This document shows positions 55,096-64,000 of a stretch of DNA of 64,000 nucleotides, piece after piece. Within the stretch, counting starts at the first letter, position 1, and each line of letters opens with the position of its first letter. The DNA is taken from contig OX597829.1 in NCBI GenBank assembly GCA_951406725.2, forward strand, positions 45,880,001 through 45,944,000. Direction: 5' to 3'. Position numbers and translations under genes: made by a program. The notes beneath the pieces were generated by a model. That model made no database searches, was not told where the DNA came from, and saw nothing but the letters and a program-made list of their open reading frames with translations. This DNA is from Octopus vulgaris. Lineage: Eukaryota.

Positions 55096-55355
55096 AAAGG
55101 AGGTACAAGCAAGAGTGCCTAATAATCGACGTGGCAGTGCCAGGAGATCAACATATCATCATGAAAGAAAGAGAAAAAAAAAATGATAAATATGGAAACC
55201 TGAGAATTGAGATCGCCAAGACGTGGCAGCTACGGTAGTCAAGCATAAAGGTTATCTCTGTTGTCATCGGAGTAATGGGTTCCAATGTCACTTAACCCGA
55301 AGAAACATTTGGAAACTTTAGAAATACCCTAAAATCTAGATGTATTGCAAAAAGT
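55096..55355 (+). pseudogene. decayed R4/Dong RLE endonuclease fragment
   Basis: ECLIIDVAVPGD..KE..K..KYGNLRIEIAKTW..KVISVVIG..G; same domain as 34491-34800. Confidence 0.7.
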
Positions 55356-56850
55356 CAATATTACATGTAAAGATCGACCCGACTGCTTTGATATCCCTAT
55401 GGGTACTAGCGATTCCGCTCAAATAGCTGATTTGGTCGGTATTTATATTCTACCAGAAATGGCCGACCAATTCCCATATATTCTCGGTGGTTTATATCGT
55501 GACGACTGCCCCCTTTACTTCCAAAATATCTGTAGTCAAAAATTACAAAAACTTAAACGCAAACTTGTCAAATTCTTTAGTAGTATGGGCCTAAGTCTTA
55601 CCTTCCATCATGATAGAACTAAGGTTAACTACCTTGATCTTACCCTCAACTTAAATGCAGCCTTATATTTCCCATACCATAAACATTCAACCAAGTTCAA
55701 ATACATCGGCATTTTTAGTAACTACCCTACCAATATAACAAAAATTTGGTTAAAAACATATCGCTTAGAATCTCTGAATTATCCGCCAAATAAACCCTTT
55801 TCAATAAAATCGTTGATTTCTATAATTCAGCCTCATATAAAGCTGGATATAAGGAACAGATTAAACCTTTTAACCATCTTGTCCCTAACTCTTCCTCTAA
55901 ACATCTAGATGGTAGTAATTATGCTATTGATAATAATAGTAGTAATAATAACAATAATAATACTAATAACAATAATAATAGTAATAATATTATTAATAGT
56001 AATACTCACATTCTTCCTCCCGTAGACAATAATCTGAATAATATCCCATTTCATCAAATTAGCTATAATCCTTACCTTCGGAATTTTAAAAACAGTCAAA
56101 GAGAAGTAATTCCCCACCCTTTTTCCATTCATAAAAAAAAACATTACAAATGTCCCCATAAATCGCTTAACTCTAGTAAAAATATCAGGTTGATTGTTCC
56201 ATACGCTAAAGAAGTTAAAAGTAAAATTCCCCACCTATTTTGTCAAGCTTTCGAAAGGAACTTTCCAATAAATTTCAGGTACCACTCAATGTTCAACACC
56301 CACTGTAGCAGAAATGGCTTCTCCAACACCAGTAGCCTCCTGCAGATTATATTATTGCATAATAACTATATTCTTAAAGGTAATAGAGTCTCTCTTAATA
56401 ACTCTAATAACATTAATTATATTTACGATAATCTTTCCTTGAATAATAATATCAATGATATTTCTCCTTACAACCGTGAACCGAATAAAACTTGTGTCCT
56501 CAATAGAAATTACCGTATTAAAAATGTTCACCAATGCAAAATTACTCTGGATCTAAAGAATTTTTTTTACTTTGGATTGTCTTCTACGGAGTTGAAATGC
56601 CGTATCGCGAACCATCTTTCTACTTTTAAATACAGTCATAAGTGTAATTCTACAGGACTTAGAAATCTAATTTGGCACCTTAACGACTCTAATAAACATC
56701 TCTCTTTAGATTGGAAAATTTTATCAAGATCGTTTCCCTATGACAAAGGGAAATCTTTCTGTCCTCATTGTGCCTTCTAACAACTATTTATTTTATTTTC
56801 TAAACATAATCTGGTCAACGCCTTTAATGATCGTGTTTACAGGTGTTTGC
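55356..56850 (+). mobile_element. Penelope-like element remnant (RT + GIY-YIG), frameshifted
   Basis: FDIPMGTSDSAQIADLVGIYIL, GGLYRDD, VNYLDLTLNL, PYHK, SNYP; then QCKI..FYFGLSSTELKCRIANH..TGL..IWHL..WKIL..C.HC. Confidence 0.8.
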
Positions 56851-56922
56851 TTTGGAAAAAAAACTCCACTCTTTTGCCTTTTTCAAATAATATCTACTCC
56901 TTACCTAATAATAATTTCTGCA

Positions 56923-57285
56923 ACTGCGTGGCACCTTGGGCAAGTGTCTTCTACCATAGCCTCGGGCCGACCAAAGCCTTGTGAGTGGATTTGGTAGACG
57001 GAAACTGAAAGAAGCCTGTCGTATATATATATATGTATGTTTATATATGTATATGTGCGTGTATGTATGTTTGTATGTCTATGTTTGTCCCATCCGACAT
57101 CACTTGACAACCGATGCTGGTGTGTTTACGTCCCCGTAACTTAGCGGTTCGGCAAAAAGAGAAACCGATAGAATAAGTACTGGGCTTACAAAAGAATAAG
57201 TCCCGGGGTCGAGCTGCTCGATTAAAAAAGGCGGTGCTCCAGCATGGCCGCAGTCAAATGACTGAAACAAGTAAAAGAGAGAGTA
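56923..57285 (+). mobile_element. SINE, dominant family, 5'-truncated
   Basis: actgcgtggcaccttgggcaag...ggcggtgctccagcatggccgcagtcaaatgactgaaac. Confidence 0.88.
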
Positions 57286-57576
57286 AAGCGAGTCATCTTT
57301 ATTCTTTATTCTTACTTCTCTCATACCAGCTATTCTTCCCTTAATCTGTTCTTTCCATCTTATCATAAATTCTCTATTCGCTCGTACCTCCCCCTCCTCC
57401 TTTAACTTTTGTTCTTTCTTTACTTCTTTCTTCCTCTATAGCTTCTCCTCTTCCCTCACCCAATGACGTCTCTTTCTTCAACGGCATTTAAAAAAATTAC
57501 TAGCGTTCCCTTTACAACGTCGCTTTCTCTACATGTATAAGTGTGTATGTTGGTAGGTGTTCCTGTATGTATATGC

Positions 57577-57619
<43 letters not shown>

Positions 57620-57794
57620 AAAGTAAAAAAAAATATACAAACTGGGACAAGAACGTGAAACATTTAGAAGATATATATGTGTGTGTGTGTGTGTGTGAGT
57701 GTGTGTGTGCATGTTTGCATGTGTATAAGTATGTGTGTATGCGTATGTATGTTTATGCGTATAAATGTTTATGAATATATGTATATGCTTATGC

Positions 57795-58173
57795 GGGATC
57801 TTTTCATTTGTGAAGCCAGTTTTTCCAAATTTTTCCTACTGAACCAAATAATTTGAAACTTCGTATACTGGTAGAATGTGTCAAAAGTAAACTTAATTGA
57901 AAACCAGAATGAAAACGGAATTGTAACTTCTAAGTTTAACATTGTTTAATAATTAGAATTTTGACCAATGGTATTCCGTCATTCGGCTTCATATTATTTA
58001 CTCCGTCTCGACCACCAATTTCGTGACGTATTAAACATGTGGTATCTGAAATGTAAACAAACTATTTTCGAGTGAATACTCGGTGTATGTGTATCTGTAT
58101 GTATGTGTGTGTGTGTGTATGTATCTATGTATGTATGTGTGTGTATGTATGTGTGTGTGTGTGTGTGTGTCTA

Positions 58174-58216
<43 letters not shown>

Positions 58217-58575
58217 CTATGTGTGTGTGTGTGTGTGTGTATGTAAAACTATAACTCTTTCGTCTTCAACACAAGAAAATAACTGGATAACACACGTGCT
58301 TATTAGCCTCAAATGTGCACAGTTGCTACGTCACAAAACTGCTTTCTACGTCACACTAACAGAATGCAGTAACGTATTATATGTGAAAACAAGCAATCTC
58401 ATTGGTTAAAATTCGCAGTTTTAATCTACGATTAAAGTCATAAAATAGATTTTTCTCAAATAAACTAGTTCCAACTTTTGTCTTGTTTTGAGATACCCTA
58501 CGAGTACACGAAGTTTCAAATTATTTAGTTAACTAGAAAGATCTGCGGTCCTGGCCACGATATTGAAAAGATCCC
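57795..58575. mobile_element. MITE / non-autonomous DNA transposon, 12-bp TIR, 6-bp TSD
   Basis: TIRs gggatcttttca / tgaaaagatccc; subterminal IR aaataatttgaaacttcgt / acgaagtttcaaattattt; TSD ttatgc at 57789-57794 and 58576-58581. Confidence 0.88.
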
Positions 58576-59337
58576 TTATGCGTGTGTATGTTTATGTATA
58601 TGTGTGTTTATATGTGTATGTGTGTGTGTGTGTGCATGTTTGCATGTGTATAAGTATGTGTGTGTATGCGTATGTATGCATATGCGTATAAATGTTTATG
58701 AATATATGTATATGCTTATGCGGGTGTATGTTTATGTATATGTGTATTTATATGTGTATGTGTGTGTGTGTGTGTATATGTATATGTATATATGTATGTA
58801 GAGATGGATAAGCGTATATGTGTGTATACATTAAGATTATATGTGAGTATGTGTAACTGTCTATATGATTGTGTACTTGTATATATGTCTAAGGTTATAT
58901 GTGCATATATGTATCTAAGACGTTGTATCCATTCACCGTTAGATGGCGGTGAGAGGGACAAATGCACACACACACACACACACATATATGTGTGTGTGTC
59001 TATATAAATGTATATGTGTGTATATATATACAACCTTCAACAAGGTAACAATCATGTATACAACTTGAACTGACACATATCAGTACATAAACATACGTTC
59101 ACATGTACATACACATGTACACACACACAGACACGTCTACACACAATTCTAAATACTCACATACATACGTATGTACAAGTACATACACACATACATGCGT
59201 ATAGGCATGCACACATGCATGCGCACATACATGTACACACATACATACATACATACGCACATACATACATACGCACATACATACATACGCGCATACATAC
59301 ATACATACATACATACATACATACATACATACATACA

Positions 59338-59371
<34 letters not shown>

Positions 59372-59425
59372 CATAGACACATACATACGTACATATATAT
59401 CATGAACTAACTGTTACTTTCTCAG

Positions 59426-59494
59426 ATGCAGCACGGAGATTTGTCAGTGAAGAGGTCGCGGTCTGACAGCGACGAAAATATTTTGACAAATTAA
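59426..59494 (+). CDS. candidate terminal exon of an unidentified host gene
   Basis: Branch-like ctaac and pyrimidine tract gttactttctcAG; frame MQHGDLSVKRSRSDSDENILTN*; AATAAA run near 59718. Confidence 0.35.
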   Translation: MQHGDLSVKRSRSDSDENILTN

Positions 59495-59625
59495 ATTTAA
59501 ATGTTGAAGTGAATCTAACGGTTTTTGTGTGTTTTTTCAAATGGCTTTTAAACACCTTTCACGCTGCAGTTGTTTTCGTTCCTGCACACGATCTATACAA
59601 GCACACCTCCGTAAAATACCCCCCC

Positions 59626-59685
<60 letters not shown>

Positions 59686-60631
59686 GTATTTTTCAATGTG
59701 TACAAATAACATGGATAAATAAATAAATAAATAGTTACTAGAGTAGCAAAAATATTCACATAAGTACCAAAGATGTCACAGCCTACTTATAAAGATAGAA
59801 GTTCGAGGGTTTAGTGAAATGTTTTTGTGTTACATATATAAATAAATAAATGGAGTTAAAACGATAAAGAGTTGTTGTTGTGGATCTTTATGCTGCTGTT
59901 GTTGTTGTTTTTGTACACAGTTCTTGTTTCTATCGCAGTGGTTCCTGTTGCTTTGGTTGACTTCGTTCTTGATGCTGTCTTCGATTTTGTTCTTGTTGTT
60001 TTTGCTGTTGTTGTTGTTGATGTTTTGTTGTTGTTTATCACGTTCTTGCCTTTCCTGCTACTGCTGCTGCTTTATTTAAATACATTGTCGTTACTGTTGC
60101 TATTGTTGGCTCTGTTGTTGTTGCTGCTGTTGTTGTTGTTATTGTTGTTGTTGTTGTTACCGTTCCTACTTGAATTTTTGCAGGTGTTTCCGTCGTCATA
60201 ACAAGACGACGATGATACTTCGCGAACTGAGATTCTATAAATTTGTTCCAGCTCCAACTTGTTTGTCATTTGACGTCATGTTCCCGTTGCCATGGTTCCA
60301 TTGCCACTCGAAACTGTGTCGACGGAACGCTTTCCGCAATCGATTACACTGGTCTACAAAAATTTTTGTTCTTTGCTCTGAGGCAAGGATGTGAATAGGT
60401 GTCGGTTTTTTTTTTTTTTTAACTAATTTTGATGTTGTGAATTCAATTTTCTGAACAGTTTTGCTCTATCACCTCTAGATTTTTTTTTGCTTTCACATAT
60501 CCCATTTTAATTATACGGCATATAAATTCAAAAACATAATGTGTTTATTTCATTTGCTACAAAGGCATATTGCAGAAAATAAAAAACAGCGTAGATACAG
60601 AACGTTGATGGAACTAAATTGCTTCGATAAT

Positions 60632-61023
60632 GGATGGATGGAAGCACTCCGTCGGTTTCGACGACGAGTGCTCCGGTTGATCCAAATCAACGGAACAGCC
60701 TGCTCGTGAAATTAACGTGTAAGTGGCTGAGCACTCCACAGACACGTGTACCCTTAACGTAGTTCTCGGGGATATTCAGCGTGACACAGAGAGTGACAAG
60801 GCCGGCCCTTTGAAATACAGGTGCAACAGAAACAGGAAGTAAGAGTGAGAGAAAGTTGTGGTGAAAGAGTACAGCAGGGATCACCACCATCCCCTGCCGG
60901 AGCCCCGTGGAGCTTTAGGTGTTTTCGCTCAATAAACACTCACAACGCCCGGTCTGGGAGTCGAAACCGCGATCCTATGACCGCGAGTCCGCTGCCCTAA
61001 CCACTGGGCCATTGCGCCTCCAC
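60632..61023 (-). mobile_element. tRNA-derived SINE, third family (tail type B), 12-bp TSD
   Basis: Same head/body as 15099-15295 but different 3' half ending (ccat)n; TSD tgcttcgataat at 60620-60631 and 61024-61035. Confidence 0.88.
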
Positions 61024-61099
61024 TGCTTCGATAATACAATACACACAAATCATAGGACAGCAGACAGAAGTGAGTTTTTTTTAAACGGTATTATGTACT

Positions 61100-63070
61100 T
61101 TGCCTACGGGATGACACGCAAGAGCTTCCAGCAAAAGTTCTCTATCGTGCTGGGGTTCCACTTGCCTTGGTAGTTGCTCTCCATCTTAGTAATATCTTGA
61201 TGGAGTCGATCTCCATGCTCATCACTCACTGTTCAGAGATTTGGAAGGAAGTAGTTGGGGTGGGAGTGGTGAAAGTGAAATTTGATGACGTCCGGCATCC
61301 CATATCCTCATTAGACTGTAACAGCTTATCTCTCTCCCTCTCTCCCTCTCCGTTCTCTTTTTACTTGTTTCAGTCATTTGACTGCGGCCATGCTGGAGCA
61401 TCGCCTTTAGTCGAGCAAATCGACCCCGGGACTTATTCTTTGTAAGCCCAGTACTTATTCTATCGGTCTCTTTTGCCGAGCCACTAAGTAACGGGGACGT
61501 AAACACACCAGCATCGGTTGTCAAGCAATGCTAGGGGGACAAACACAGACACACAAACACATACACATACATATATGTATACATATATACGACAGGCTTC
61601 TTTCAGTTTCCTTCTACCAAATCCACTCACAAGGCATTGGTCGGCCCGAGGCTATAGCAGAAGACACTTGCCCAAGATGCCACGCAGTGGGACTGAACCC
61701 GGAACTATGTGGTTGGTAAGCAAGCTACTTACCACAAAGCCACTCCTGTAATCTAGTACCCGTGTGTTACCAAGGAAGCCACGGCAGAATAACATAAATG
61801 CTTCTCATGCTCTCAGTTCCTTGAAGGTAAGAAGCCCCTCAAAGTACTTATCCTTCAGCACCTCTCGAATCTGAGGTCTGCCGAAGATGCCCTCCTTGAG
61901 CTTAGGAGAACTCAAAGCTGGGAACAGAGTGCAAAAGTATTGGAAAGCAGTACCATTTTTCTCCATGGCCTTCACGAAATTCTCCATGAAACCAAGCCTG
62001 ATATTTTGAAGAGGAAGAAGCACCTTGTTCATGTCCACCAGAGGATTTTCTTGGACACTGTGTTCACTAGGTACAAAAGTATTTCTAGATCCCCAGTCCT
62101 TCTGCTTGTAATGCTTGGACACATTCCGACTGCCCCAGAGACAGAGAAAGCAACAGTAATTTGTGAAGCCCACTTGCACGCCTATAAGAAGTGCAATGAC
62201 CTTGAGGTACCCGCAGACACTCCACTGGTACTGGTTGTACTTGACAGCTAACAAAAGGAGCGCCATATCGTCATACGACCCTATCAGAGGGACTGTCCCA
62301 TTGTACAGGAGTACAGCCTTCAGACTTCGCTTGGAAGAGTCTATGAAAAGACGTCAGTCTGAGGGATTGTGTGGGAAACCAAAGAAAGTGAGTGAACAAT
62401 CCAGAGACATTTGTGCAGTAGCGAAACCTGTTTCCCATGTCGGAGAATGAAGCAATGTCCTGGTTTGATGTCCTGAAACTGGTGATACTTACACTTGCTT
62501 AAGCCGGGATGCCAGGAGCTCTGACCGCTGCTTAGATAGATACAAATCATGGACAAGGCCATTCAGGTCTTCCTGCGTCATCCAGTGGGGCTCATTGCCG
62601 CTTGCTCCTGAATAAACAAGAGACGTTGTCTTAAGAAGAAACCGACTTGGCAGAATCTTCTCCTGAAGGCATTTTTTCATCTGATGAAGGACTAGGATCC
62701 TTATTTGCTGGGGGTGTAGGGACAGGGAAGTCATCTAAGTGGGAAGCCGGCCTCATAGCCGAGGGAAGGTTGGGATATTTGATCTTTTTTCTAGAAGAAA
62801 TATTGAAGCCTGTTATATTTGTTGGACAAACATAAGAACCATTTGCGTGGTTTCTTGGCTCTCTCCAGATCATCTGGACAGCAAAGTTGAAGGATGCCTT
62901 CCTTCCGTTAAACAATGCAGTTAGTCCATTGTAGCAGGGTTTACAATAGATGTGTGGGGCCCAGGATTTGTCCTGATCTCCAATTTTACAGTGAAAATAG
63001 TGAAAGTAGGTGGTTCTTATGAATGAGGTAATTGTTCAGCGTTGTGCAACTGTCGTAGCAGAATGAATTT
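61100..63070 (-). pseudogene. Chapaev3-like transposase, frameshifted
   Basis: CKIGDQDKSWAPHI, FAV.MIWREP.NH...C.TNI.G..I.YPNLPSAMRP, SELLASRL, WSVCG.LKVIALL.G.Q.GFT.YCCFLCLW.SR, KVLLP..I.LG.M.NFVKAM, KLKEGIF..PQIR, VSDEHG.R.HQDI..ME..YQGKW. Confidence 0.85.
61350..61748 (-). mobile_element. SINE, dominant family, inserted in the transposase
   Basis: Full match on the minus strand. Confidence 0.9.
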
Positions 63071-63310
63071 GCCTTGTTAATGAATACTCGATGTTTTGAA
63101 GTCCCTAAAGGCATTGTAGAGATATGTATCATATATATCACAAAAGCTGGAAAATGAAATAAAATCTGATCATATATATATGTTTATACGAATTGTCGCA
63201 AAATCTAGAAATTCAATATTTCTAGTTACGGTGACCAGTGAATAGATTTCACTGTAAATATATATATTTGCGAAGGCTTGGCAGGTATCTCAACTAGCAG
63301 GACTGGCTAC

Positions 63311-63358
63311 CCTGGACTGATGACGAGCAATGGACTCAGAAACATGCATGTCTCTAGG
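63311..63358 (+). ncRNA. type I hammerhead ribozyme with long extended stem I (rod 63263-63406)
   Basis: cctgga-CTGATGA-c-GAG-caatgga-CTC-a-GAAA-catgcatg-T-C-tctagg; GUC triplet, predicted cleavage after 63352. Confidence 0.7.
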
Positions 63359-63849
63359 TGCTAGCCCTAGCTGGTGGGGGGTGCTTGCCTCCCCTTCGCA
63401 AATATAAGAACACAGGAAATGTGTCAAAGCCGACAGGAAGTGTCGATGATAAATAGCGGTGGTGTAATTCCCTTTACGTTATGTTGACAGTCATAATAAT
63501 GTATATCTCAAAAACTAGAGGTGATGAGTGAAAAATGATTTTGTATCTGAAATCAGCACCCCAAAATTAGACTAGAAAGAACTATTTATATACTTATTTC
63601 TTTACTGCCCAAAAGGAGCTATACACAGAGGGGAAACTATTTTTATACTGTCAACTTAACGTGACAGTCCCATATACAACTGCTCTATCGTACCACCACT
63701 GCTCATATCTCTCTGAGATATTTAGAAATGTAATATAACTATTTTTATGTTTGTCTCAATTTCTCTTTTGTAAACTAGTGTTATTATTACTGACTGTATC
63801 ATGTTACGATATTATTTTCGATCTTAGGGAAATTCAAAAATAAATACCT

Positions 63850-64000
63850 ATTTGTTTATTACCCATAAGGGGCTGAACATAGAGGGGACAAACAAGGACA
63901 GACATAGGTATTAAGTCGATTACATCGACCCCAGTGCGTAACTGGTACTTAATTTATCGACCCCGAAAGGATGAAAGGCAAAGTCGACCTTGGCGGAATT
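63850..64000 (-). mobile_element. second-family SINE running off the window edge
   Basis: taaggggctgaacatagaggggacaaacaagg...gaccccgaaaggatgaaaggcaaagtcgacc. Confidence 0.85.

Larger units (their letters stand above)
60347..63590 (-). mobile_element. decayed CMC/Chapaev3-type DNA transposon with two SINE insertions
   Basis: CAC terminus (tta|cactggtctacaaaa); subterminal inverted blocks ctaattttg..tcacctctag at 60423-60478 and 63515-63570; transposase remnants between. Confidence 0.75.

Overview
AT-rich, microsatellite-saturated eukaryotic DNA. The SINE, LINE, Penelope and simple-repeat landscape is most consistent with an octopus (coleoid cephalopod) intronic/intergenic region; this is an inference. 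Nearly all ORFs in the supplied track are translated microsatellites. Real coding content is transposon-derived: (1) two young CR1/L2-group LINEs in tandem, a 5'-truncated one (21942-23930) and a near-complete one with a CCCH-zinc-finger ORF1 and an intact 1005-aa endonuclease/RT ORF2 (24310-28394); (2) two decayed mariners; (3) an R4/Dong fragment; (4) Penelope-like remnants; (5) a decayed Chapaev3-type transposon. Non-coding elements include non-autonomous Helitrons, a MITE and about 30 SINE copies from at least five tRNA-derived families. Two small candidate host exons lie at 47054-47107 and 59426-59494. The most interesting signals are RNA-level. A type I hammerhead ribozyme (CUGAUGA/GAAA/GUC) caps a ~145-175-nt rod-like hairpin upstream of the Chapaev3 transposase (63263-63406). 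A tRNA-headed SINE carries a Penelope-type minimal hammerhead in its tail. A further hammerhead has a compensatory G3-C8 core swap. A conserved 3' stem-loop signal with covarying stems is shared by both LINEs and the dominant SINE. Long inverted repeats occur at 12921-13626 and 53276-54958.
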